Origin: an uncultured Anaerolineales bacterium | GTDB taxonomy: Bacteria; Chloroflexota; Anaerolineae; Epilineales; JAHCIE01 | Length of the DNA stretch: 48,048 nucleotides | Direction of reading: 5' to 3' | NCBI GenBank assembly: GCA_964557745.1 | Contig: CAZLBQ010000002.1 | Location: forward strand, 1 to 48,048 | Made by a program: the position numbers and the translations under genes | Shown here: positions 7,522 through 15,639 of the stretch, in pieces | Position numbering within the stretch: the stretch's first letter is position 1 | How the letters are laid out: every line of letters begins with the position of its first letter | Notes under the pieces: model-generated | Told to the model about the DNA's origin: nothing | The model's database searches: none | Seen by the model: the letters and a program-made list of their open reading frames with translations, nothing else

Positions 7522-8709
7522 ATGGCACGCATTATTCTGTACACCGGCAAGGGCGGGGTCGGCAAGACCAGCGTCTCGGCAGCGACCGCCGTCCGCTGCG
7601 CCGACCTCGGCTACCGCACCATCGTCCTCAGCACCGACGCCGCCCACTCGCTGGGCGACTCCTTCGACCTGCCCCTCGGCCCAGAGCCGACGCCCATCGC
7701 AGCCAACCTGTGGGGCCAGGAGATTGACGTCCTGCACCAGATGGACGAGTACTGGGGCACGGTGCAGAATTACCTGTCGGGCCTGCTGGTGTGGCGCGGG
7801 GCCGACAGCCTCGTCGCCCAGGAGGCTAGCGTCCTACCGGGCATGGAGGAACTGGCGAGCCTGCTCCAGATCACCCACCTCCACGAGGGCGGCCAGTACG
7901 ACGTCATCATCGTGGACTGCGCGCCGACGGGCGAGACGCTCAAGTTCCTGTCGTTCCCGGAGGCGGCGCGCTGGTACCTGGCGCAGATTTTCCCCTTCCA
8001 GCGCAAGATGGCCCAGATCGCCGGGCCGATCATCCGCGCCATGACCGACATGCCCACGCCCGATGATAACGTATTCGAGTCGATTAAGCAACTGCTGTTG
8101 CAACTGGACCGCATGAACGAGCTGCTAAGCGACCCGGCGCGGTCGTCGGTGCGCATCGTCCTCAACCCGGAAAAGATGGTGGTCAAGGAGGCGCAGCGCA
8201 CCTTCACCTACCTCAGCCTCTACGGCTTCCCCACCGACGCCATTATCTCCAACCGCATCCTGCCCGACATCATCAACGACGCCTACCTGGAGGGCTGGAA
8301 GGACATGCAGGAGCGCTACGGCAAGCTGGTGGACCAGGCGTTTAGCCCGCTGCCCATCTTCAAGGCGCCGTTGTTCCAACAGGAGATGGTGGGCTTGGAC
8401 ATGCTGCGCCAGATGGCCGGCGCCATCTACGGCGAGAGCGACCCGACACGGGTGCTGTACCAGGGGCAGACGCAGACGATTGCGCCGGTCAACGGCGGCT
8501 ACGACCTGCGGCTGCGCCTGCCGCTGGTGGACCGCTCCCAGGTGGACCTGGGCCGCTTTGGCGATGAACTGGTCATCGACGTGGGCAACTTCCGCCGCAA
8601 CCTCATCCTGCCGCGCTCGCTGGCCGGGCTGGACGTGGCGCGGGCCGGCTTCGACGACGACACGCTGGTCGTCCACTTCGCCCAGCCCGCCGAGCCAGCC
8701 GAGGCGTAG
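7522..8709 (+). CDS. ArsA/Get3-family ATPase with C-terminal HSP20-like domain
   Basis: MARIILYTGKGGVGKTSVSAATA (deviant Walker A), LSTDAAHSL, DCAPTGETL+FL. The C-terminal beta-rich segment (DLRLRLP...LVIDVGNFRRNLILP...DDTLVVHF) resembles the ArsA_HSP20 domain. Start at 7522 rather than 7447. Confidence 0.9.
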   Translation: MARIILYTGKGGVGKTSVSAATAVRCADLGYRTIVLSTDAAHSLGDSFDLPLGPEPTPIAANLWGQEIDVLHQMDEYWGTVQNYLSGLLVWRGADSLVAQEASVLPGMEELASLLQITHLHEGGQYDVIIVDCAPTGETLKFLSFPEAARWYLAQIFPFQRKMAQIAGPIIRAMTDMPTPDDNVFESIKQLLLQLDRMNELLSDPARSSVRIVLNPEKMVVKEAQRTFTYLSLYGFPTDAIISNRILPDIINDAYLEGWKDMQERYGKLVDQAFSPLPIFKAPLFQQEMVGLDMLRQMAGAIYGESDPTRVLYQGQTQTIAPVNGGYDLRLRLPLVDRSQVDLGRFGDELVIDVGNFRRNLILPRSLAGLDVARAGFDDDTLVVHFAQPAEPAEA

Positions 8710-8851
8710 CCCCGACTTGACAGTCGTCCGCGAAATTGACAATTTGAAGGCAAGAGAATTCGTCTGTCCCCCCTATATAAGAGGCTGTGGATGGACGAAT
8801 AAAGAGGGCGCGTCACTTGACTCGCGCCACCCTGTATAGGGAGTCAGCAAC

Positions 8852-8885
8852 AGACCTGGCAGGGTTTCGGAACCCTGCCAGGTCT
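8852..8885. terminator. perfect 15-bp palindromic hairpin (AGACCTGGCAGGGTT-TCGG-AACCCTGCCAGGTCT)
   Basis: Read directly. Lies in the convergent intergenic region between the ArsA-like gene (+) and the sigma/anti-sigma operon (-). No U-tract. A related copy is at 29665-29697. Confidence 0.6.
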
Positions 8886-8999
8886 AGCGTAAGGCGGTGA
8901 GCCAACCTTCTATATATAGAGATATGTAATCTATATTACTAGGTTAATTCATCCGTCCACGACCCCCTCTCTAAGGGAGAGGGATGAATTACGCTATCG

Positions 9000-9431
9000 C
9001 TACTGGGCGTGGGCGCGGCGGCGGAGGTAGGCCCACACGCCGGCCCCCGTCAGGACGGCGGCCAGGACCCAGGTGCGGGGCGGCGGGGCGTGCTCGGCCC
9101 ACAGCGGCGGCGTCCAGTCGGGCAGGTGGCGGCGGGCGTATTCCACCCACTGCTCGGCGTCCTCGCGCCAGGCATCGAGCGCGGGCAGCGGCGCGCCGAC
9201 CTGGCGCTGACGAGCGGCGGCCAGCAGGTCGCGGCGCAACTCAGCGCGGAAGGCGGGCGCCGGGCGGACCGGGCGCAGCGCCACTCGGACCCGCGCCGCC
9301 AACGCCATCAGGCCCATCAACTCCTCGTCGGCGTCGGGGAACAGCCGCACGTACACCTCGGCGTCGTCCTCACCCTCGACCAGCCGGTCGGCGTGGGCGG
9401 CCAGAATCTCGCTGATGACCGATTCCTGCAT
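9000..9431 (-). CDS. putative membrane-anchored anti-sigma factor (hypothetical)
   Basis: 143 aa. Stop of the ECF sigma gene is 19 nt upstream. AGGAG RBS. Single C-terminal TM helix (WVLAAVLTGAGVWAYL). No recognisable zf-HC2 motif; the call rests on position only. Confidence 0.45.
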   Translation of the reverse strand: MQESVISEILAAHADRLVEGEDDAEVYVRLFPDADEELMGLMALAARVRVALRPVRPAPAFRAELRRDLLAAARQRQVGAPLPALDAWREDAEQWVEYARRHLPDWTPPLWAEHAPPPRTWVLAAVLTGAGVWAYLRRRAHAQ

Positions 9432-9449
9432 AGGGTCTCCTACTGCCTC

Positions 9450-10034
9450 CTACTTCCCCCAACCACGTCTCTCCAACTCTTCCCGTAGCGACAAAAGGGT
9501 ACGATGGTAGAGGGCCTTCACCGCGCCCTCGGTGCGGCCCAGCCGCCCGGCAATCTCGGCGTTGGACAGGCCCTCGGTGAACTTGAAGATAAGCAGGCGC
9601 TGGCGGTCATCCGGTAGCGTGCGGATGGCCTCCATCAGCATCCCCTCTTCGTCGGCCACCTCGGCCTGCGCTTCGGGCTGGTGGCGCTGGCTGGGCAGCG
9701 TCTCCTCCAACGGGACCACCGGCCGCCGCCCCTGGTCGCGGTGCCAGTTGGCGACGAGGTTGTGGGCGATGCGGAACAGCCAGGCCGAGAACGGCACGCC
9801 GCGATCGACATACGCCCCAATGTTGACCAGCGCGCGGTGAAAGGCGCGCGCCGTCAGGTCTTCAGCGTCGTGGTGGTTGCCGACGCGGTGGAAGATGTAG
9901 TTGTACACCTTGTCCACGTACAGGTCGTAGAGCTGGCCGAACGCCCGCGCGTCCGTCTTCGCCTGCTGCACCAACTCCTCTTCGCTCTCCACCACGCGGC
10001 CCCCCTGTGGGGTTTCGATGATTAGAACACCCAT
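9450..10034 (-). CDS. ECF-type sigma-70 family RNA polymerase sigma factor
   Basis: 194 aa. Region 2 (F..LY..Y...VYNYI...VGN..DAEDLT...F..A, FSAWL.RIAHN...) and region 4 (LP...R....F+F.EGLS..EIA..LG.TEGAVK.L.HR). Confidence 0.88.
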   Translation of the reverse strand: MGVLIIETPQGGRVVESEEELVQQAKTDARAFGQLYDLYVDKVYNYIFHRVGNHHDAEDLTARAFHRALVNIGAYVDRGVPFSAWLFRIAHNLVANWHRDQGRRPVVPLEETLPSQRHQPEAQAEVADEEGMLMEAIRTLPDDRQRLLIFKFTEGLSNAEIAGRLGRTEGAVKALYHRTLLSLREELERRGWGK

Positions 10035-10064
10035 AGCTATCCCAAGTTACGTTGTCAAAATGGA

Positions 10065-11255
10065 TTATTGGGCGATCAGCGGGCCGACGCCATCCGTCGC
10101 CCGCGTGACGTAGATGGGTGGCGGCGCGCCCGTCGCCGCCGCGTAGGCCTGCGCCACCTCGCGCTCGAAGTCGGGCACGGCCGCGTCCGCCACCAGGCTC
10201 ACCGTCGCCCCGCCAAAGCCCGCGCCCGTCATACGCGCCCCGTAGACACCCGGCACGCGCCGCGCCATCTCGACCAGCATATCCAGGTTGGGGTGGCTGA
10301 CGGCGTAGTCGTCGCGCAGGCTGCGGTGTGACTCGTTCATCAACTGGCCGAACGTCTCGACGTCCCCCGCTTCCAGCGCTGCCGCCGCCTGGAGGACGCG
10401 GTCGTTCTCGCTCACGACGTGGCGGGCGCGCCGCATGAGCAGGTCGGGCAGGGCCGTGGCCCGCGCCGCGAACCCTTGCCAGGGCACGTCGCGCAGGCTC
10501 TTGACGCCCAACTGCTCAGCGGCGGCCTGCGTCTCGCGGCGGCGCGCGTTGTACTCGGAGTCGACCAGGCCGCGCTTGACGTTGGTATCGGCGATGACGA
10601 CGCTGACGCCCTGGGGCAGCGGGACGGCGCGGTAGCTCAGGTCACGCGTATCGATGAGCAGGGCGTGGTCGGCCTTCCCCAACGCGGCGATGAACTGGTC
10701 CATGATGCCCGACGCAACCCCAACCCACTGGTTCTCGGCCTTCTGCATCAGTTGCGCCAGCCGCGCCCGCTCGACGGTCTGCCCGGCCAATTGGCTGAAC
10801 GTCCAGCCCAGCCCGACCTCCAGCGCCGCCGACGAACTCAGCCCCGCCGCCAGCGGCACGTCGCTCGCCAGGACCACCTCACCGGCGACGAGGGGAACGC
10901 CCGCGTCGCCCAGCGCCCAGGCCACGCCGCGCGCGTACTCGCCCCAGCCCTCGCCGTGGACCGGGGCGCGCGGGTCGAAGGCGTCCTCGGCCTGGAGATT
11001 GGCCGAGTAGACGCGCACATCCTGGCCGTCGCGCGCCGGCCGGGCCGCCAGGACCACCTGCCGCTCGATGGCGATGGGCATGACGAAGCCATCGTTGTAG
11101 TCGGTATGCTCGCCGATGAGGTTGACGCGCCCTGGCGAGCGCACCCACAGCGTCGGCGCGCCGCCAAACCGCGCCCCAAACGCCTCGGCCACCTGCGCCC
11201 TCAGTTGCTCCACTGTACTCGTTCCCGCCACACGAACCCCCTTCCACGTTCCCAC
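10065..11255 (-). CDS. galK: galactokinase
   Basis: SPGRVNLIGEHTDYNDGFVMP, GAGLSSSAA, RMTGAGFGG. Start uncertain: GTG at 11255, or GTG at 11231 preceded by AAGGGGG. Confidence 0.93.
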   Translation of the reverse strand: MGTWKGVRVAGTSTVEQLRAQVAEAFGARFGGAPTLWVRSPGRVNLIGEHTDYNDGFVMPIAIERQVVLAARPARDGQDVRVYSANLQAEDAFDPRAPVHGEGWGEYARGVAWALGDAGVPLVAGEVVLASDVPLAAGLSSSAALEVGLGWTFSQLAGQTVERARLAQLMQKAENQWVGVASGIMDQFIAALGKADHALLIDTRDLSYRAVPLPQGVSVVIADTNVKRGLVDSEYNARRRETQAAAEQLGVKSLRDVPWQGFAARATALPDLLMRRARHVVSENDRVLQAAAALEAGDVETFGQLMNESHRSLRDDYAVSHPNLDMLVEMARRVPGVYGARMTGAGFGGATVSLVADAAVPDFEREVAQAYAAATGAPPPIYVTRATDGVGPLIAQ

Positions 11256-11313
11256 CTGTAGCGCCGCCTCTAGTCGGCCGCTTGCTGACTGAAGTCAGCG
11301 CTACATGCCTCAC

Positions 11314-11370
11314 GCCTTCTGGCCTTCTGCCCCCTGGCCCCTGGCCCCTGTTCCCTACCCCTCCCCCACC
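11314..11370. repeat. C-rich (G-rich on coding strand) degenerate 7-8-nt tandem tract across the galT stop
   Basis: GCCTTCTG x2, then CCCCCTG, GCCCCTG, GCCCCTG, TTCCCTA, CCCCTCC. C-runs at 11330-34, 11338-41, 11345-48, 11353-55, 11358-61, 11363-67. Confidence 0.8.
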
Positions 11371-12386
11371 TCGCGCAGGCGTTCCGCCGCCGTCTCGGCC
11401 GTAATGTCGCGCTGCGGCTCGCCCAGCATCTCGTAGCCCACCATGAACTTGCGCACCGTCGCCGAGCGCAGCAGCGGCGGGTAGTAGTGGGCGTGGAGGT
11501 GGGCCGCGTCGGTTAGCGGCCCCCGCGCCGGGCGCTGGTGAAAGCCCATCGAGTACGGAAACGAGACCGAGAAGACGTTGTCGTAGCGCCGCGTCAGGCG
11601 GCGGATAATGTCCGCCAGGCCGTCGCGCCCCGCGTCGTCCAACTCGCCGATGGTCCCGACAGGCGCGCGGGAGATGACCAGCGTCTCAAACGGCCACACC
11701 GCCCAGAACGGCACGACCACCACGAAGTGGTCGTTCGCGCACACCAGCCGCTCCCCGGCCTTCTCTTCCAGCGCCAGGTAGTCGGCCAGCATCCCCCGCC
11801 CGTGGCGCTCCTGGTAGGCCGCCAGCCGCCGCAGCTCACGCTCCGGCAGCGTCGGCACGCTGGACGAGGCCCAGATCTGGCCGTGGGGGTGCGGATTACT
11901 CGCCCCCATCATCGCCCCCCGGTTCTCGAACACTTCGATATGGGCGATGTTCGGCTGGCTCGCCAGGTCGTCGTACTGCTCGGCCCACGTATCGACCACG
12001 GCGCGGATGGCCGACGGCTCCATGTGGGCCAGCGTCAGGTCGTGGCGCGGCGAGAAGCACACCACGCGGCTCGTCCCCGCCTCGCCCTGGGCCTGGAGCA
12101 ACTCCCCCTCGGACCACGCGTCGGTGGGCGTGTCGAGCAGCAGGGCGGGGAAGTCATTCGTAAAGACATACGTCCCGCTGTAATCAGGGTTCCGCTGACC
12201 ATTGGCACGCGAGTTGCCAGGACACAGGTAACACGTCGGGTCATACGCCGGACGCGCGTCAGGCGGCGGCGTCTCGACCTGCCCCTGCCACGGGCGGTGC
12301 GTGCGGTGCGGGGAGACGAGCACCCACTCGCCCAGGAGCGGATTGAAGCGGCGATGGGGCTGGGTACGCAGCAGCGAGCCTGACAT
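11355..12386 (-). CDS. galT: galactose-1-phosphate uridylyltransferase
   Basis: CYLCPGN zinc motif and HPHGQIW active-site motif. The ATG at 12386 has GGAGG 7 nt upstream; the track start at 12404 lies on top of that RBS. Confidence 0.93.
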   Translation of the reverse strand: MSGSLLRTQPHRRFNPLLGEWVLVSPHRTHRPWQGQVETPPPDARPAYDPTCYLCPGNSRANGQRNPDYSGTYVFTNDFPALLLDTPTDAWSEGELLQAQGEAGTSRVVCFSPRHDLTLAHMEPSAIRAVVDTWAEQYDDLASQPNIAHIEVFENRGAMMGASNPHPHGQIWASSSVPTLPERELRRLAAYQERHGRGMLADYLALEEKAGERLVCANDHFVVVVPFWAVWPFETLVISRAPVGTIGELDDAGRDGLADIIRRLTRRYDNVFSVSFPYSMGFHQRPARGPLTDAAHLHAHYYPPLLRSATVRKFMVGYEMLGEPQRDITAETAAERLREVGEG

Positions 12387-12424
12387 GGATACGTCCTCCT
12401 GCAACGGATTGGACTTGACTACGT

Positions 12425-12452
12425 AGTATAGTCAAGGCGGCATAGACGGCAA
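12425..12452 (-). promoter_or_regulatory. candidate galT promoter with overlapping 7-bp inverted repeat
   Basis: Minus strand: TTGCCG (12452-12447), 16-nt spacer, TATACT (12430-12425). The palindrome TTGACTA-N7-TAGTCAA (12415-12435) covers the -10 box and predicted start. Confidence 0.45.
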
Positions 12453-12460
12453 GAAACGGG

Positions 12461-12489
12461 TTGCCTAAAGTCCCCAGGGGCTTTATAAT
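12461..12489 (+). promoter_or_regulatory. candidate sigma-70 promoter for the DUF1232 gene
   Basis: TTGCCT (12461-66), 17-nt spacer, TATAAT (12484-89). Confidence 0.6.
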
Positions 12490-12527
12490 TGACACGGTTT
12501 GCACCTGAAGCAAGTAAGGAGATCACT

Positions 12528-12881
12528 ATGGCACGGCAAGACCCTACCGGCGGCAAGTCCGGGCGTAGCGGCATCGGCATCATCGCCGAGATGTGGGAAG
12601 AGATCCAACTCGCCTGGCGGCTCATCCGGGACGACCAGGTTCCCCTGTACCTGAAGGCGATCCCCGTCGCCGGCCTGCTGTATGTCGTTTCCCCCGTGGA
12701 CCTGATTATGGACGTCATCCCGGTCCTGGGTCAGATGGACGACATCGCCGTCGTGGCATTCACCATCAAGACGTTTGTCGACCTGGCTCCCCAGGACCGC
12801 GTGGCCTACCACCGCGCCATGCTGGAAGGCCGGACGCCGCCGGAGACGGACCGCACCATCGACGGCCGCTACAAGAGTTAG
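12528..12881 (+). CDS. DUF1232 (YkvA-like) membrane protein
   Basis: Y..SP.DLI.D.IPVLG..DD..V motif. AAGGAG lies 6 nt upstream of the ATG at 12528. Confidence 0.85.
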   Translation: MARQDPTGGKSGRSGIGIIAEMWEEIQLAWRLIRDDQVPLYLKAIPVAGLLYVVSPVDLIMDVIPVLGQMDDIAVVAFTIKTFVDLAPQDRVAYHRAMLEGRTPPETDRTIDGRYKS

Positions 12882-12888
12882 GCCACCG

Positions 12889-12917
12889 TTGCGCAACAGA
12901 CACCGTTCGTGTAGAAT
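12889..12917 (+). promoter_or_regulatory. candidate sigma-70 promoter
   Basis: TTGCGC (12889-94), 17-nt spacer, TAGAAT (12912-17). Confidence 0.55.
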
Positions 12918-12933
12918 ATAGGTAGTTGAGAAT

Positions 12934-12962
12934 TTGCGTGTTGCGTGTCCCGTGTCGCGTGT
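12934..12962. repeat. short heptanucleotide tract (TTGCGTG TTGCGTG TCCCGTG TCGCGTG)
   Basis: Four units in exact 7-nt phase. Covers the GTG at 12945 that the ORF track uses as a start. Confidence 0.8.
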
Positions 12963-14066
12963 GAAACCGGTTCCCGCCTGCTCTCGCAGGTCAGCCGCGA
13001 CACAGACGCGGAACGCGCTGGAGGCCTCGTGGCAGCCGCTGCGCGCGCGTTTGGACTCCGGGATGTACCACTCGTCCATAGCTTACAACGCTCGGGCGCT
13101 CCGCTCGACCTCGAAAGCGCCATCGTCGAGCCGACACAGCCGTTGACGGCTGCCCTACGCTACTACTGGAGCCGAGCCGTTGGCCGCCCCACGCGGATGA
13201 CGCATGTCATCGATGGCCGTGAGGGTGGTCAACGGCTACGTGGTTTTATCCAGGTGACGGCGCGCCGCACGCGGCCCGAAGCCGACGTCGTGTTCCTCGC
13301 GCCCTCCCTGGGCAGCCGCGTCGGCGTCGCGGCGGGCGAGGTGTGGGAGCGCCTGCTCCACTACACCTGCCAGCAAGCGGCTGTCTACCAGCGCCAGCGC
13401 ATCTTCGCCAAGCTGCCCGCCGGCGACAGCGACGCCATCGAAGTGTTCCGCCACGTCGGGTTCGCCGTCTACGCCCAGGAGCACGTCTATCGCCTGGACC
13501 GCCTCGCCTCCGCCGTCGCGCCGCCCCCTCTGGCTCTGCGCCCGTACCGTACCAAGGACGACTGGGGCGTCCAGCGCCTCTTCTGCCACGCCGCGCCACG
13601 CCAGGTCCAGCAAGTCGAATGCCAGCCTGGGAACGGCTGGGACATTCCGGGGGCGATGATCCAGCGCCGCGCCCAGCGCTTCACCTGGGAGGTGGCGAAC
13701 GAAGTGCGCGGCTACGTTAGCCTGCGCCGCGGTGTCCACGGCTCCTGGCTGCGCGTCCTTCTGGACCACGACGATATTCAACACGCCGACGAGCTGGTGA
13801 CGTGGGGGCTGGCGCAGATTGGCCCCAGCCTGCGCCCCGTCTACTGCTGCGTGCGGAGCTACGAACCGGGCCTCCAGCACGCCCTCCAACAGCTTGGCTT
13901 CCGGGTCCAGGCGTCGTCCTTGCTGCTCGTCAAGCACACGGTCGCCCCCATCAAGGAAACGGTTCTCAACTGGGCCATCGTCCCAGAGCGCGGGGTCGAG
14001 GCTGCGCCCACGACCTCCCGCATTCACACGCTAACAGGTATCCAGGATGCAATACGAGATAACTGA
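12945..14066 (+). CDS. hypothetical protein with two GNAT-fold-like halves; start uncertain
   Basis: 373-aa ORF. Two segments end like GNAT C-termini (AIEVFRHVGFAVYAQEHVY; GLQHALQQLGFRVQASSLLLVKH). The GTG start lies inside a repeat; an alternative ATG (MTHVIDG) is about 85 codons downstream. Confidence 0.6.
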   Translation: MSRVACETGSRLLSQVSRDTDAERAGGLVAAAARAFGLRDVPLVHSLQRSGAPLDLESAIVEPTQPLTAALRYYWSRAVGRPTRMTHVIDGREGGQRLRGFIQVTARRTRPEADVVFLAPSLGSRVGVAAGEVWERLLHYTCQQAAVYQRQRIFAKLPAGDSDAIEVFRHVGFAVYAQEHVYRLDRLASAVAPPPLALRPYRTKDDWGVQRLFCHAAPRQVQQVECQPGNGWDIPGAMIQRRAQRFTWEVANEVRGYVSLRRGVHGSWLRVLLDHDDIQHADELVTWGLAQIGPSLRPVYCCVRSYEPGLQHALQQLGFRVQASSLLLVKHTVAPIKETVLNWAIVPERGVEAAPTTSRIHTLTGIQDAIRDN

Positions 14067-15639
14067 CGATCTTGACGCGTTATTAGCCGTCTTACCGCCC
14101 CGCGTCCGCGCCGCCCTGACTGCGGCCGACGACCAGGAGGACTTGCTGGAGATTGTGCTCGACCTGGGCCGCCCGGCCGAGGCGCGCTACGCCGACCGCG
14201 AGATTACCCTGGGCGACGACGAGGTGACGCAAGAGGACATTGACTACGTGGTGGCGCGCATCGGCGACTTCGGCGAAGACAACCGCGCTGGCATCGAGCG
14301 CACCTTACACCGTATTTCGGCCATCCGCAACCGCAAGGGACGCATCGTCGGCCTGACCATGCGCGTCGGCCGCGCCATCTCCGGCACCATCGACATCATC
14401 AAGGACATTGTCGCGGGCGGGCAGAGCGTCCTCCTCCTCGGTCGGCCCGGCGTAGGAAAAACCACAATGCTGCGCGAGGTGGCGCGCGTGCTGAGCGAGG
14501 ACCGCCGCGTTGTCATTGTGGACACATCCAACGAGATTGGCGGCGACGGCGACATTCCGCACCCGGCCGTCGGGCGCTCGCGGCGCATGCAGGTCCCGAC
14601 GCCCATGCTCCAGCACGAGGTGATGATCGAGGCAGTGGAGAACCACATGCCCCAGGTCATCGTCATCGACGAGATTGGCCGCGAGCAGGAGGCTGAGGCG
14701 GCGCGCACCATCGCCGAGCGCGGCGTCCAGCTCATCGGCACCGCCCACGGCCAGAACCTCGCCAACCTGATGAACAACCCGACCCTGGCCGACCTGGTCG
14801 GCGGCATCCAGACCGTGACCCTCTCCGACGAGGAGGCGCGGCGGCGCGGGACGCAGAAGTCGGTGCTGGAGCGCATGGCCCCGCCGACGTTCGATGTCGT
14901 GGTCGAGATTCAGGACTGGGAGCACCTGACGGTCCATCCCAACGTCTCGGAAGCCGTGGACGGCATCCTGCGTGGACGGCCCGCGCCCGCCGAGTTGCGC
15001 TACCGCGACGAGGACGGTCAGGTCAAGAGCCAACAGACGACGCTGGCCCCGCCGACGCGCCAGCAGCGGGGCCGCAGCACCGCGCCTCATCTGGCCGAGG
15101 ACGAGGTCGAGGACTTCGAGGTGGCGATGGCAGCGCCGCGTGGCACGGCGCGGGGAGCGGAGGCCCCGACGCGGAGCATCCGCGTCTTCCCCTATGGCAT
15201 CAGCCAGAACCGCCTGCGCCAGGCCGCCAAGTCGCTCCAGTTGCCGATCCTGCTGGTAGACAGCCTGCGCGACGCCGACGTCTTGCTGACGCTCAAGAGC
15301 TACTACCGCAAGCGCCAGCAGCCTATCCACGACGCCGAGACGAGCGGCATTCCAGTCTACGTCCTGCGCAGCAACACCGTCGCCCAGATTGAGAGCGCGC
15401 TCGCGGATGTGTTCGGCCTGGAGGTCCGACCTGACCCTTTCGACTTAGCCATGCGCGAGGCTCAGACCGCGATTGAGCAGATTCTGCGCGGCTCTCGTAG
15501 CATGGTAGAACTCAGCCCGCAAAACTCGTACGTCCGCCGCCAGCAGCACGACCTGGCCCGCTCGGCCAAGTTGTTCTCGCAGAGCAGCGGCCAGGAGCCG
15601 CAGCGTCGCGTGCGTATCTATCGCAGCAATGGCCGCTAA
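14047..15639 (+). CDS. R3H-domain AAA ATPase (SpoIIIAA/Ycf45-like)
   Basis: N-terminus DDLD.LL.VLP..+..L......L.E+V+DLGR.P.AR; Walker A LLLGRPGVGKTTMLRE; VVIVDTSNEIGGDGD.PHP..G..RRMQV; C-terminal R3H-like region. Confidence 0.85.
   Translation: MQYEITDDLDALLAVLPPRVRAALTAADDQEDLLEIVLDLGRPAEARYADREITLGDDEVTQEDIDYVVARIGDFGEDNRAGIERTLHRISAIRNRKGRIVGLTMRVGRAISGTIDIIKDIVAGGQSVLLLGRPGVGKTTMLREVARVLSEDRRVVIVDTSNEIGGDGDIPHPAVGRSRRMQVPTPMLQHEVMIEAVENHMPQVIVIDEIGREQEAEAARTIAERGVQLIGTAHGQNLANLMNNPTLADLVGGIQTVTLSDEEARRRGTQKSVLERMAPPTFDVVVEIQDWEHLTVHPNVSEAVDGILRGRPAPAELRYRDEDGQVKSQQTTLAPPTRQQRGRSTAPHLAEDEVEDFEVAMAAPRGTARGAEAPTRSIRVFPYGISQNRLRQAAKSLQLPILLVDSLRDADVLLTLKSYYRKRQQPIHDAETSGIPVYVLRSNTVAQIESALADVFGLEVRPDPFDLAMREAQTAIEQILRGSRSMVELSPQNSYVRRQQHDLARSAKLFSQSSGQEPQRRVRIYRSNGR

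Noticed and set aside
6965-8044. 359-aa plus-strand ORF spanning repeat copy B, the HIT gene (antisense) and the 5' part of the ArsA-like gene (out of frame)
   Set aside because: It begins inside the heptad repeat and overlaps two genes with strong motif support. The composition is not protein-like.
8984-9415. 143-aa extremely Arg/Pro/Gly-rich plus-strand ORF
   Set aside because: It is the exact antisense of the putative anti-sigma gene, which has an AGGAG RBS and operon context. The composition is a GC-frame artefact.
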